The notes under the pieces: generated by a model
Told to the model about the DNA's origin: nothing
Databases searched by the model: none
What the model saw: only the letters and a program-made list of their open reading frames with translations
Made by a program: the position numbers and the translations under genes
Shown: positions 26,125 to 40,974 of the stretch, piece by piece
Layout: each line of letters starts with the position of its first letter
Numbering within the stretch: position 1 is the stretch's first letter
Origin: Eledone cirrhosa
Lineage: Eukaryota
Reading direction: 5' to 3'
Length of the DNA: 64,000 nucleotides
Assembly: GCA_964016885.1 (NCBI GenBank)
Contig: OZ024742.1
Location: forward strand, 354,640,001-354,704,000

Positions 26125-29100
26125 AGTTAGGGAAGCAGAAAATTGCTTATTGTGATCCAGTTCGTGGTTAAGAAAGCCAGTTTCATGGATGGTTTCAACG
26201 TACAGTTAGGGGTAACTCCAAAAGTTTGTAAAAATTCCGTTCAATCTTGGAGTATAATGAATAAAAGAGAAAACACAGGTAAGTATAAGAGAAGGATTTT
26301 ATCCAGGTATTTACGACCCTTTCATTGGTAAGTGCAACCTTATATTGCTATACTGCAAATAGCAGCCACTCAATTATAATTGTTGTTCACGTCAAAATTT
26401 TCAAAATAGTGAAGAAGTTACTCTGGAAATAGTTGTTAATATATAGAGAAAAACAATTTTTAAATTGTATTTACTCGTATAGAGAGAGGCGAATTAGAAA
26501 GTGAGGGGACACACGGAATAGTATAGAGAGAGAGGAAGGGTGAAAAGTGTTAGGAAGTAGAGTGACAAACTGAGATGGACGGAGGGGTAGAGGTGGAAGG
26601 ATTCCTTCATCAGTTTTTATATGTAGACTTCATGTCGTGGAATGTAGTGAGTTCAAGAGAATTAAATTCATATTAGTGGGAGGAATGGGTAGGGAGAGAG
26701 AAGGGGGGGGGGGGGGTAAAGAGATAAATATACATATAAAAAATAAAGATAAAGATAATAATTACTAAAATAAAAGCAAAGGAGTGCGGATAACGGAGGA
26801 AAGGAAATATAGCCAAAAGGGGAGGGAAGTAAAGAAGAAAGCGAAGAAATAGAAGAGGAATGAAGGAGAAGGGATGGATATAGGTATTGGTTTATGTGGA
26901 TAATTAAAAGGGTTTAGATACAACAAGAGGGTATAAAGGTCTAAGTATAAACAGTTTGTCAGATGGTAGTAAGAGGTTAAGGGTCGATTTGCTCTTAACG
27001 TGTGAAAACTTCTCTTTGAGTATATGGTTACAATAAACTGATCTTTCGATTTTTTGTTGAGTAACTTACTCTTCGATCTCAAAATGTGGAACAGCTCAAG
27101 GTCACATAATCAACAGCTTCTCATACCACTCCGATATGGGGGTGCGTCGATAATTTTTTCCACTTCAGGGTGTATTGATGGTTACTTTCCCTCAGTTGCC
27201 AGGTCTTGTTTGCAAGGGTAGTTACATAGCGATGCTGGGAATGTTTCATTGCGTAACGGTGTGTATACCAACGGGCTTTAAATATATTCCCAGTCGCTCC
27301 GATGTAACACCATTTCTGGTTGTCCGATTCCACTGTGCATTGGAAAACCAGGATAGATTGCATACATTCATTATGTAATGGACAGGTTTCAGGTAGGTGC
27401 CGGTTACAATTATTGTCATGGTCAACTTTGGCATTATTGGTACCCACACATTTAACCTCAATGACCACAAGGTACATTTTGATCATAACCCCACAATTAG
27501 ACTTATATGCGCGTCCAAATCGGACATCGGGAAAATTAGTAAACATATATTAGACATAGTCATAGGACAAATGAAGAATAAACTAGTGATTAAACTATGG
27601 GGTAACGCTTCCGAAACAATTAAGTGGTTTAACAATATAGCTAACAAAAAAGTATATAAATTTATACAATTTGACATTAACGACTATTAGTCCTCTATAT
27701 CCACCAACACCTTGGATAAAGCCTTAGCATTCGCCAAAGCCAATTCTAACCTAACAAACGACGACATAAAAATCATATCAGCTGCTAGGAAAACAATAAT
27801 TAAATTTGAAAACGCCTATTGGAACGTAAGGATAGATTAAATAAAATTGGCATCACGATGGGGGCTAACGACTCGGCTCAAGTCACAGATTTAGTATGTA
27901 TTTACATATCCCATAGTTTACAAAGTGAGTTTAGCGACCGTCACGGTGGAATCTACAGAGACGACGCCCTTATCCTAGTTAAGAACCCTATTAACCAAAG
28001 CATAGAAAGATTCCGTAAGAATTTTAGAAAGATTCTCGGGAACCTAGACCTTATCATAACATATGAGTATAGCACTAAAACAGTTAACTTTCTAGACGCG
28101 ACGCTTAACCTAAATACGGGAGTTATAAGACCTTTTCAAAAGATTAATGAAAACTTAGCATACATCAACTGTAACTCAAACCACCCACTATCCATAATTA
28201 AATCCATTCCGCACAGTATATCCCTTAGACTCTTCCGCCTCTCGTCTAACCGAAAAATCTTCGAGGAACATGCAGAATACTACAATACCGGATTAGACAA
28301 TGCGGGGCACTTAGATAGAGGAGAACGTTTAGATGAAAGCCACCGCAAAGCGCACACGAACACGCATAACACAAACTCTAGAAACACACGCACACACGCA
28401 CTTATTCAAAGAACTACAAAGTATACGGTAAATAGAAATACAACATCGAAATAAAACAAGTCACGCAGTAGAAAATATATTTGGTATAACCCTATATTTA
28501 ACACCTCTATTAGTACTAACTTACCCTCTACCTTCTTTAGAATAAAAAAATAAGCACTTTCCAGATTCACATAGATACACTATAATCCTTAACACTAAAT
28601 CTATTAGACTATCTTACTCCACGGCACCAAATATAGAGGCACACATTAAGATGCTTAACGCTAAACAGATACATAACAACACCAGAACACAAATTTACAA
28701 CAATAACAATACAATCACCCTTAAACACAACATAATATTTAATACACAACCACCCAATAATAGGCAAACAAAACGTAACACATTTGTACAGGCATCGCAG
28801 CCCACCAATAATGCCAAAGTTGCCCATGACAAGAATTGTAACTGCCACCTACCTGAAACATGTCCATTACATAATGAATGTATGCAGTTTAACCTGGTTT
28901 TCCAATGCACAGTGGAATCAGACAACCAGAAATGGCATTACATCGGAGCGACTGGGAATACATTTAAAGCCCGTTGGTATACACACCGTTACGCAATGAA
29001 ACATTCCCAGCATCGTTATGTAACTACCCTTACAAACGAGACCTGGCAACTGAGGGAAAGTAACCATCAACACACCCTGAAGTGGAAAACATTTCGAACG

Positions 29101-29990
29101 CGCCCCCATATCGGAGTGGTATGAGAAGTTGTCGATTATGTGACCATGGTCTGTTACACATATTGAGTTGAAAGAATAAGTTACTCAACAATAAATTCAA
29201 AAGATCAATTTATTGTAACCATAGACTCAAAGAGAAGTGTTCGCACTACAAGTGCAAATCGAACGCTTAACTTCTTACTACCAACTGACAAACTGTATAT
29301 ACTTATACTTTATACCCTCTTGTTGTATCTAAACCCTTTTAATTACCCACAAAAAACAATACATATATCCCTCCCTTCTCTTTCATTCCTCTTCTATTTC
29401 TTTGTTTTCTTCATTCCTTCCCTCCCTTTTGGCTATCTTTTCTTTTCTTCTTTCTCTCCCCTTCTTTGATTTTATTTTTGTCATTATTATCTTTATCTTT
29501 ATTTTTTATATATATATTTATCTCTATATATCTCCCGCTCTCTCTCTCTCTCTATCTCTCCCTCTCTCTCTCTCTCTCTCTATCCATCCTTCCCACTATG
29601 ATCAATTTAATTCTCTTTAACTCAGTACATTCCACGACATGAAGCCTACATATCAAAACTGATCAAGGAATCCTTCCACCTCTACCCCTCCCTCCATCTC
29701 AGTTTGTCACTCTACTTCCTAACTCTTCTCCCCCTTCCTCTCTCTCTATACTATTCCGTTTGTCACCTCACCTTCTAATTCCCCTCTCTCTATACTAGTA
29801 AAAACAATTCCCAAAAAATGTTTTTCTCTATATATTAAGAACTATTTCCAGAGTAACTTACTCACTATTTTGAACATTTTATAATTAAGTGGCTGCTATT
29901 TGCAGTATAGCAATATAAGGTTGCACTTACCAATAAAACGGTCGTTAATACCTGGATAAAATCCTTCTCTTAATGCTTACCTATGTTTTC

Positions 29991-29998
<8 letters not shown>
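26125..29998. mobile_element. Palindromic Naiad-type PLE insertion: minus arm 26125-27441 (EN and 3' UTR) fused to plus arm 27443-29998
   Basis: 26260-27441 is the reverse complement of 28805-29998; (TA)n at both ends. Confidence 0.9.
27443..29270 (+). pseudogene. 5'-truncated Naiad-type RT-GIY-YIG ORF
   Basis: DHK.HF..NPTIRLICASKSDIGKISK; FIQFDINDY; ITMGANDSAQVTDLV; GIYRDD; WYNP; CNC.LPETCPL..EC; YIGAT...FKARW. Confidence 0.9.
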
Positions 29999-30043
<45 letters not shown>

Positions 30044-30103
30044 GGGGGGGTATATATATATATATATATATAATTATATATATATATATATATATATACA
30101 TAT

Positions 30104-30273
<170 letters not shown>

Positions 30274-30725
30274 TGAGAGATAGAGAGAGAGAGAGAGAGA
30301 GACATAGCGATATATGTACTAGACAGATGATTGCATATGCTGAAACTAAAATGAATTATGATCTAAAAGTAATTATTTTCTCTAATTTAAATTCACTTTC
30401 TTGCAAAAATAAATTTCCTTGCAATTGTTCATATATTTCCTTTAATTTTAATACATTTGGTAACAAATAGCACACCATATATGTTTCCTATACCCGGGCA
30501 TCTCTTAAATAATTTGTAAAGTAATTAAAATATGGACAACGTATAATATGTTGTAGATTTAAATTGAAAGGAGAATAATGTTCATTACTAATCTGATTTA
30601 CAAAGGATCGATGTCATTTCCGATATCATTGGCTATTTTCTAAATTAGGTGTAATTTGAGTCTTTGAAATGTGAATCAACTTCATATACAGGAGAGGGCG
30701 TCTTTACTTTTTCTCGCGATTGTCG

Positions 30726-30825
30726 AAGATAAAGTGATATCATATATGATCAGAAAAAATAGAATATTCATATATATATATGAATATTCTATTTTTTCTG
30801 ATCATATATAATATCACTTTATCTT
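30726..30825. repeat. Near-perfect 100-bp hairpin centred on (TA)n
   Basis: aagataaagtgat...gaatattca TATATA tgaatattc...atcactttatctt. Confidence 0.85.
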
Positions 30826-30853
30826 TATATATATATATACATATATATACAAT

Positions 30854-31664
30854 TATAATTCAGCGAGAATAGTATTTCGGCTGGTAGAAAAATCGAAACA
30901 AAACGCAAAATCGTAGAAATGCTGGCAAGCGCTCATTAGTTAATAAACCAGAGCTAAACAACATGTTAAAACGCCATACAAACTGAAAAAGTGGTTAAGA
31001 AGGCATTAACCACCTAAGCCAAAAAACAAATCAAGCTAAACAAGTCAAACAAAATAAATGATAAAAACCTGGACCCAAATGGAACTGGTGGTATAATCCA
31101 AATGCATGGTTTCTATGACAACTAAAATCAATAATACTGTCTTCTTAAAACTATAAGCTTTCAGCATAAAGATCGAACAAGGAATATCACGTTATCAACA
31201 GGTAATTCTGCTCTTTAACCAACTTTGCGAGTGACGCCGAACATAGTAAACGCACATGCATAAGTCACAAGAGGAAATTCCCCATATTTTGGCAAAGGAA
31301 TTCAGTATGTGTATATCATACAAAAAAATTGCATAGATAGCACAAATCGAAGAAGCACTCAACCAGGTAGTTTTTAAAAATAAACTTATGCAATTAATCT
31401 GTCAATAGAATTATTAACAGGTTATTTGTATGACTCGGGAGATTAATACAAATATAATTCAGCGAGAATAGTATTTCGGCTGGTAGAAAAAGCGAAACGA
31501 AACGCAAAATCGTATAAATGCTGGCAAACAGTCAATAGTTAAAAAAACAGAGGTAAACAATATGTTAAAACGCCATACAAACTGAAAAAGTGGTTAAGAA
31601 GTCATTAACCACCTAAGCAAAAAAACAAATCAAGCTAATCAGATCAAACAAAATAAATGATAAA

Positions 31665-31667
<3 letters not shown>
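30854..31667. repeat. Non-coding ~1.4-mer tandem unit (period 599 bp) bounded by (TA)n
   Basis: 30854-31068 is repeated at 31453-31667. Confidence 0.85.
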
Positions 31668-31752
<85 letters not shown>

Positions 31753-31759
31753 TTTATAT

Positions 31760-32560
31760 ATAAAATTGCATGTCTGAAGAATTATTAGATACTATATACA
31801 CAGTATTTCCTCTCCCTAGTCCGTATAAATCAACTAGAGAAATAATCATTTATACTATGCTATAAGTTTAAAATGTAACTATGAAGAAATAATAGACAAA
31901 CGATATAGACTATTTTTCGCGAGGAACAGTCAGATAAAATGTATCTAGTCATTCTTTTTAGCCCGTAGAAATTAACTAGACAAATAATCAATTCAAAGGA
32001 GTTAGGTCGAAAATATAAGTTAGAAGAAAACATTCATATAAACTTTACCAACATTCCTCTTGTCCCGACTGTCGGCAGTTTCGCTCGTTCTTTGTGGATA
32101 TATCCGAACCTGGAATTATCCATGAGTCTTCGAGCTTATTAAGAGACTCCTCAAATTTGGACTAACATTTCTATAGTGATCGCCGCAAGAAATGAATTCA
32201 AAAATGGCTAAGAATCACCATGTGGCTAGTGGTCAAATTAGAAGGTTGTCAATGGTGGTTATGCGGCAGGTAGGCTGGCTGTTAGAAAGCAGAGCCAGAT
32301 ACTGGCTAAAGTCTTACTCTACCGTACGGGAATATATATTAAATTCATAGGGATATATGTATATATTTAGACGTATATTTACACATAGTCACATATACAT
32401 ATCTGAGTGTGGCTACCTTTCACGATGTGACTCAATGAAACATTTAATTAAGCAAATAATTATTAATCAGAGCTATATATAACATTGCGAGTTTGAAGAA
32501 GTATTAGATAAAAGGTAGCCACACTCATATATGTATCTGTGACTATGTCTAAATATATAT
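31760..32560 (-). mobile_element. Family A copy with short fold-back end
   Basis: 32200-32480 resembles 140-400 and 31775-31830 resembles 400-450. 32510-32555 is inverted relative to 32375-32420. Confidence 0.6.
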
Positions 32561-32563
32561 ATT

Positions 32564-32595
<32 letters not shown>

Positions 32596-32604
32596 CATAC
32601 ATTA

Positions 32605-33848
32605 ATGAACACAATGAATAAAAAAAAAAACAAGTTCCTTATATTAAAATGATTCATCATTTTAATATCGTTTCTAGGATATATATCTGTGTTGGTATGT
32701 ATATCATATAGATCTATGTAGTCATTTTACAAACTATCAGAGGAAATATACATAGCTTCACATATATATGCTGTCTTCAGAAATAATGATATTCGTTTAT
32801 TAAAAAAACCAACAAAGATTTAATATAATAGGTCTGTTTGGGAACAGCTTTTTAATAGACCAATAGAAAAGTAGTAAGAGGTCAAGGTGATAGCATAGTA
32901 GTAGTAGAAATTTAATTTAGGGTAGAGGAATGAAAACTTAAGTTTTGAATGGAAAGAATAATTTGAATGAAAATAATACTTTGGGATGAAAAGAGGTCAA
33001 GCCGGTGAAGGGTACACGAAAATTTGATGTTATTAAATAATAATGTTAATGTTAAAACCGAAGGAGAATAACATTTTAGGGTAAAGGTGTAGTGAGAAAT
33101 ACCAATCTTATTTAAAATACAAGGAAATTAGATCTATAACAAGAAATTTAATTAATTGATAGGTATATTTATAGGGATACATTTATATTAATTCATATGG
33201 TTGTGATAAATAAGAATTAGATGTTATTAAAGAAAGTTAAAAACGAAGGAAAATAAAATGTTGGGTTAAGCGTAGTAGTGAGATATACCAATCCTATATA
33301 GACTACAAGTAATCTAGATTCATAACAGGAAATTAAATTAATTTATATGTATACATTTAGGTATTAATTTTAGGAAAAGAGTGCTGTAAGAAGGAAATAA
33401 AATAATGAAGTTCTCTGTAGTAAAGTACTAATTACAGGTTAACTAAATTTAAAAAAACTAATTATAATAATATGTAAAATATAAGTGTAAGGTGTATATT
33501 AATTAGGTTTATAATATTTGAAAGTTCTTCTAATTCTATGATTGCAAGATATAATTAATTCTTGTCGCTTATTTAATACGATATCCTTAGATTTCATTAT
33601 TTCAAAAAGTTCCTGGGAGCATAATCTACACTCATATCTGTTATTTTGATAAGGGGTGGCCCTTTTGAGCACACTCCAGGTCAGGTTGTAATCGATATTC
33701 TTTTTACTATAATTATTAATTATTTCAGCCAAGGATGTTGTATTAGATAATGCGGCATTTTTAAAACTATGTTTGTGGGTATTAAATATTACTTTAAATT
33801 GGTTAGATGTAGCTCCTATATATGAATAAGTTGAGTTCTTAGTGCTAA
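32605..33848 (-). mobile_element. Naiad-type PLE 3' fragment (EN 33499-33848, 3' UTR, HHR at 32655-32788)
   Basis: YIGATSNQFK..CRLCSQE..LNKRQELIISCNHR; same family as 61725-64000. Confidence 0.85.
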
Positions 33849-34798
33849 ATATTTATAGTATATATCAACTAAATGAAAATAATTGATATAAAACATTAAT
33901 CATTTAACAATATATTTTAACTATATATATTTTTTAACAATATTTTCAGTAACTTATTTACTGTATTGCATTATTTTATTTTGTTATATTATATATATTT
34001 GAATGGTATCACCTTAAGTCTATAGACATTATAATCCTTATGCATTTTTTATTAACACATATATATAATTAAAAATTTAGACTTTTTTAAGTTTAGTTAT
34101 AAGGCCGGTTGATTATTTAGGCACTCAAACTGTTTAATCATAAATTCTTTAATAATTATAACTACAATTATTTTATAAATTATATTATATAAACTGTTTT
34201 CAATATTATAAATAATTTTGTAAAGATTACCTTCGGGAGGGTATAAAAGCATTATATATTTTCTCTCTTGTGTTTCGTAATTTCTTTAAATTGTTTTCAT
34301 AAAATATGAAATTTAGAAATTAAACTTGATAGTATAATATAATATTATTACAAATACCTATTAACTTTTAAAACCTAAAATATTACTCATTACTCTGAAA
34401 TAACTTAAATTAGATATTTTGAATATTAACGGTCAACTAAATAAGTTTAGATATATATTGCATATGTGGAAAATTGTCTGTAAACTTGAACATAAATTAC
34501 TCCCCTCTGTCTCTGTCTCTCTTTAATCATCTCTCATTTGTTTTTTCGATGCACCTACTAAATATATTATCACATCAACTGTTTCTTCAGTAGTTTAAAA
34601 AGAAAAAAAAATGTGATTGTTATATTGATGCCATGTATTTTTTAAGCTGTATCACACGCACCCGCTCTATTGTTTGTATTATATATTTTTCTCATGTTCT
34701 CAATATTAGGGTATAAATATTGAGTGTTGTCATATGTTAATCACTACCATGACTGAATCTTAACAATCAAATATGTCAGGGTATGTCATGCATCATCT

Positions 34799-34865
34799 TA
34801 TTTTATCTGATGAGGACGTACTGTTGAACTTAACTCAGCACCTCTGAAATATGTATAATAAAATA
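34799..34865 (+). ncRNA. Type I hammerhead at the end of an AT-rich pLTR (33850-34910)
   Basis: tattttat CTGATGA ... GAAA tatgta TA ataaaata; perfect 8-bp stem I. Confidence 0.8.
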
Positions 34866-34905
34866 TACTTGATCACAATAATTTCTATTTTGTTAATATT
34901 TTGAA

Positions 34906-35015
<110 letters not shown>

Positions 35016-35035
35016 TGTGTGTGTATAAATGTATA

Positions 35036-35164
35036 TTTTAATATAGAAAAGCTTCCCCAGGACTAGAACTGTTTCATTCGTGAGAAGTCCTCCTCAGGAG
35101 CTGCCTGATGATTTCTCACGAATGAAACAGTTCTAGTCCTGTGGAAGTTTTTCTATATTAAAAC
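35036..35164. repeat. Short fold-back element with HHR-like core (CTGATGA 35105, GAAA 35124)
   Basis: About 50-bp inverted arms; a related arm lies at 41575-41635. Confidence 0.65.
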
Positions 35165-35231
35165 ATTTAACTCTGGTATGTATTGAGTACCTTACTTACT
35201 GTGGTTAACCCCGATTGAACCCGGAATAACT

Positions 35232-35273
<42 letters not shown>

Positions 35274-36860
35274 TATATTAATGAAAAAGAACAAAGGAAC
35301 TATTATGACATGATAACGAGTTTATTGCAGACAGCCGTTTCGTCCGACCATATGGTTGGACTTTTCAAGGCATAAAACTTGTGATTGTAAGTTCATTATT
35401 TACATCAACGTATCACTTAAGACTAGCAGTGTGAAATTGTGGTATACATCAGCAGCTCCGCTTGTATATGTGGGCCTATATTCTAAGAGGGCTCTTTTAT
35501 ATTAGTTGTCGGAATTGTAAAAGGGATGGGTTATGCGGAGTTAAGATAATTAGAAAATGGCCTAAGAGTAAGGGATTGAAGGTTAAAAATTAGATAATTT
35601 ATAATTTACGCATTAAAAATAAAAGACGTGGGATCTCGTAGAAGCACATTAAAAAATCCCTCAATAAGTGCATAAAGCTTACAAGCCCCAATAACCTTAA
35701 CAAACTAGAAGAGATTAAGAGACTAATGAAATAAAATAAAATAAAAAAATAAAGATATAAAGTTTCCGTAAAAAAATATAAAGTTTCCCAAGAAGTTCCT
35801 TCGAGAGAAAAAAATTTCTTTCGAAAGAAAAAAACTTTCTTCCCCAGAGATCTCGTTAAAAAAATTAAGAAAATTTACGAAGTTTTGATAATCCCTACTA
35901 AGTTGAAAGAAACTAATCAATTAAAGGTTAATTCAAAAAGCCTTCAATAAACCCCTCAGAAAAGGCCCCTTTAATATTTTTAATAGGAACCTCCTCCGAG
36001 AGACCCTTCGAAGAATTAAAATTTTAGAGAGCCTTTAAGGATATATATAAACGAATTGAGGAAAATTATAAATTAAAAGTTAAAAATTACGGTATTTGGG
36101 ATATCCGAGGAATTTTCAAAGGGCTGCTTCAACAGATACAACTTAGGTATACTAGATAAAATAATTTAAGTAATTTAAGTAATTTAATTAGGGAGCAATT
36201 CAAAGAGCTTATCAAGTTGGGCAAGATTAAAGAAAATTATAAGTAAGAAATTACATAAGCAAAAGGACAATAATTATAAAATGTATTTTTAAGAAGGTAT
36301 AAAGTAGCTTCACTAATCTAATAATGTACTATCAAAAAATTATTATAAAATTATTACAAAATTATCATAAAACTATTGATACAGGATTAAAAAATTACTA
36401 TAAAATTATTGATACAGGATTAACAAAGACATAATAATATATTCCTGCCTAATTAACAAAAAATCAATAAACAATTAACAGTCAAGCAAAATTAGCTCAG
36501 GGATATCCCGCTCTCGGATACTTTACACACATACAGCATCACATATGATTAACAAAGACATAATGTTATAATCCTGCGTAATTAACAAACAATTAATTAA
36601 CAATTGATAGTCAAGAAAATGTACTCAGGGATATCCCACGCACGGATACTTTACACACATACAGCAGGATAAACAATACAGGTGACCTTGTGGGCGCGAT
36701 ATCCATTATGCGTATGTAGTCATCTGCATAGCTCCAGGCACATTTGGTCTTGTTTAAAAGTTCAGAGTTCACGAATCAACTGGGATTCACTATCAGCTGC
36801 GTGGACTCTCTGGTAAATGTACCTGTGGATCAAATAGCTATTGGTTGCTGGGTGTGGTCC

Positions 36861-38155
36861 TCAAAGCAATTGTTAAGGGAGTATCTAGTAGGATTAGCGG
36901 ACTATCTAGCAGTGTGACCGCATTTGAAGCGAACGCGGAGTATTACAATAAGGCGCTAGCTGGGTCAGGGCACAAAGATAAACTCCATTATGTAGAGACA
37001 GGCGGCACCACCCCACCACCCCAACCCAGCACTGTAATCACGCATGATATGTCCATGGGAGATAGAGGGAGAGCTAGAAAGACGAATAGGGACAATAGGA
37101 ATTTAGCTAAGAACAACAACACTAGCAATGCAGACACGGATAGGGCCTACGCGCCTGGAAAGCACTACGCCACCCCAAGCAAGTCCAACAGTAAAAACAG
37201 GGGCCTGAGGCCTAGGAGACTCGAGACCAAAACACATACCACTGGAAGCCCAGCAACCACACGTGGTAGAACCCGTAATAATATAGATGAAGGGAGGGTA
37301 AGCAGCATAGGGGATAAGAAACGCAGTGGAAGGAATAGAAGACGTGATAGAACCTTCTTTAACCCGCCCTTCAACTCTAATGTTACTACAGACCTCACCA
37401 AATCTTTTTTCTCTTTAATAGATAGGAACTTCCCCCCAGGTAGAAGGTACGGTAGTGTCATCAATAAGAATACTATCAAACTATCGTACTCAGCAACCCC
37501 TAATCTGGCCTCACACCTAGCTAAGACCAATAAGAGTAAGATTAAAGAGGGACTTAAGGCCATCCGAAATAGTGAACCACGCCAGTACACACGACAACAC
37601 GGGACCAACCCATTGAGTGAATGACCCAGGGGGATAACAGGCAATATAACCGGTCCCACTAGGCAGCCCCGCGGCCGTTTGGAGGGACACGCACCCCTGA
37701 TTGAGGAGCAGGACCCTATTAGAAAGTGTAATTGGAGACGGAAGGGCAAATGCCCACTAGCTGGACACTGCCTTATTAGGAACGTGGTATATGCATGTAA
37801 CGTAACCACAGACACGTATACTAAGACATATGTGGGATCAACCGCTAACCAGTTCAAGACGAGATTCAACGCCCACCAGCATAGCTTCCGATATGAGAAG
37901 CTTAAAAATACCACGTCGTTAGCGGGACACATACATAACTTAAAACAAACAAAAAACCCCTACACACTAAGCTGGAGATGCCTTACTATAGCTCCTCCAA
38001 ATAGCTCGTTGAGCAGGTTTTGTAGCCTGTGCCTAACTGAATCTCATGCCATAGTATTCTCAGGACTCAACTTGCTCAACAAGAGATCATAAATCTTCTC
38101 GTCCTGCCCCCACAATATACTTAGCTCTTTCTTTTTCTTCAGACCAGACACATAG
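36861..38155 (+). pseudogene. Naiad-type thumb, linker, Zn finger and GIY-YIG
   Basis: VSSRISGLSS..YYNKAL..SG; FFNPPF; IKLSYS; CNW..KGKCPLAGHCL; YVGST..FKTRF; CSLCLTE; LNKR. Confidence 0.9.
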
Positions 38156-38347
38156 CCCTGACCCCACCCTATCCTGCACATGGCTGCCCCGCTGGCGAAC
38201 AGGGTGCTCCTTAGTAACCCCGTCCGCATTGATGCCTCGGCTGCCCTATTGCCGATGGGGACTCTGGTGAGGAACAGTCGACCCTGTGTCCCTATTGCCA
38301 ACCTGGGATTGGTGGCAGCATTGTTGTTGGGCACCCTGCGGGCAGAT

Positions 38348-38605
38348 GATGCCTGCGGTGTAGTACATTGTGAGTGCCTGGACCCACGTTGACTAATCTG
38401 GGGAGGTGCCATCGGAGATGTATTTCAACAAATTCGGGAACTTGCCCAAGGAAACAGTAACAGCACACCCAATATGGATGCCTGTGGTGTGGGACATTGT
38501 GAGTGCCTGGACCCACGTTGACTAATCTGGGGAGGTGCCGTCGGAGATATATGTCAACAAATACGGGAACTTGCCCAGGGAAACAGTAACAGAACACCCA
38601 ATATG
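38348..38605. repeat. 129-bp tandem duplication in the PLE 3' UTR
   Basis: Two adjacent similar copies starting gatgcctg at 38348 and 38477. Confidence 0.85.
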
Positions 38606-40925
38606 GCGGCCGCTCCCTGCCTATAACCAATCAAACCCCCTCCTCCCCTAATAAACCCCCGCCCAAATATATGCCCCTCCCCATTCTCCCCCACTCACTT
38701 CTTTTGAGTTAGTTCTCCTTTATTATTAGTGGTTCTTTTTGAGTTAGTTCTTTATTAAAAGTGATATTTTGTATATTACCACGGTTGACTTAATGGGCAT
38801 GGAGAATTGACTCCCTTGATGTCTGACCACTCGATAAGTTAGGGGTTGTGCCCCTTGCGCAGGGGTGTGTCTAGCTGGTCTACCTGCTCTCTGCTACGAC
38901 CCGAGACTGGACACGGTCGTAGCCACAGGCCAGCGCGTGCGCGATAGCATGGGATATAATTTGTTTGCTAGTCACCCCGTGTAATATGATACCCCAAGAT
39001 TCCATGCATGAGATTCACCGAAGCATGCGCAGTCTTAACCGGGAGATGAGAAACGAATTTGAAAATAACACAAGAGAGACCCTTTGGATAGCGTAGACGC
39101 CGGACCATGCCCGCAAATATATACAGACCTGTCTTGAATATGCATGGCTAGCGCAATATGGATAACGCGACCAAAATCTAAGCTTGAACCGACCCCTACA
39201 ACAGACAAATAGAGGACAGCCCTTCGCATTTGACCAGTCGCGTGTGTGCTTGGAGTTCGTAGTATACCACCCCAGTCAAATCCACACTGGTTTTTTTACC
39301 AATATAGCATGTAAACCAATACATCCTATGCAGCGAGACCTTGGATTAAGAACCGGCAGCGTGCAATCCCCGAAACTAAAAGATCGAACGGACCACACCC
39401 AGCAACCAATAGCTATTTGATCCACAGGTACATTTCCCAGAGAGTCCACGCAGCTGATAGTGAATCCCAGTTGATTCGTGAACTCTGAACTTTTAAACAA
39501 GACCGAATGTGCCTGGAGCTATGCAGATGACTACATACGCATAATGGATATCGCGCCCACAAGGTCACCTGTATTGTTTATCCTGCTGTATGTGTGTAAA
39601 GTATCCGTGCGTGGGATATCCCTGAGTACATTTTCTTGACTATCAATTGTTAATTGATTGTTTGTTAATTACGCAGGAGTATACCATTATGTCTTTGTTA
39701 GTCATATGTGATGCTGTATGGGTGTAAAGTATCCCTGAGCGGGATATCCCTGAGCTAATTTTGCTTGACTGTTAATTGTTTATTGATTTTTTTGTTAATT
39801 AGGCAGGAATATATTATTATGTCTTTGTTAATCCTGTATCAATAATTTTATAGTAATTTTTTAATCCTGTATCAATAGTTTTATGATAATTTTGTAATAA
39901 TTTTATAATAATTTTATAATAATTTTGTGATAATTTTATAATAATTTTTTGATAGTACATAATTAGATTAGTGAAGCTACCTTATACCTTCTTAAAAATA
40001 CATTTTATAATTATTTTCTTTTAAAAATACATTTTATAATTATTGCCCTTTTGCTTATGTAATTTCTTACTTATAATTTTCTTTAATCTTGCCCAACTTG
40101 ATAAGATCATGAATTGCTCCCTAATTAAATTACTTAAATTACTTATTTTATCTATTATACCTAAGTTGTATCTGTTGAAGCAGCCCTTTGAAAATTCCTC
40201 GGATATCCCAAATACCGTAATTTTTAACTTTTAATTTATAATTTTCCTCAATTCGTTTATATATATCCTTAAAGGCTCTCTAAAATGTTAATTCTTCGAA
40301 GGGTCTCTCGGAGGAGGTTCCTATTACAAATATTAAAAGGACCTTTTCTGAGGGGTGTATTGAATGATTTTTGAATTAACCTTTAATTGATTAGTTTGTT
40401 TCAACTTAGTAGGGATTATCAAAACTTCGTAAATTTTCTGAAATTTTTTAACGAGATCTCTGGGGAAGAAGGTCTTTTTCTTTCGAAAGAAATGTTTTCC
40501 TCTCGAAGGAACTTGTTGGGAAACTTCATATTTTTTTACGGAAACTTTATATCTTGATTTTTTTATTTTATTTTATGTTATTAGTCTCTTAATCTCTTCT
40601 AGTTTGTTAAGTTTATTGGGGCTTGTAAGATTTATGCACTTATTGGGGGATTTTTTAAGGTGCTTCTACGAGATCCCAAGTCTTTTACTTTTAATGCCTA
40701 AATTATAAATTATCTAATTTTTAACCTTCAATCCCTGACTCTTAGACCATTTTCTAACTCCCCATAACCCATCCCTTTTACAATTCCGACAACTAATATA
40801 AAACAGCCCCCTTAGAATATAGACCCCAAATATACAAGCGGAGCTGCTGATGTATACCACAATTTCAAACTGCAAGTCTTAAGTGATACGTTGATGTAAA
40901 TAATGAACTTACAATCACATGTTAT

Positions 40926-40974
40926 TTGCCTTGAAAAGTCCAACCATATGGTCGGACGAAACGGCTGTCGGCAA
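40926..40974 (+). ncRNA. Type I hammerhead with U3-A8 core (mirror copy 35325-35373, minus)
   Basis: ttgcc TTGAAAA gtcc-aacc-atat-ggtc-ggac GAAA cggctg TC ggcaa. Confidence 0.8.

Noticed and set aside
27110-27116. TGA within the C-x-L-C motif as selenocysteine
   Set aside because: It occupies the Arg position (CGA in the mirror arm), so it is CpG decay.
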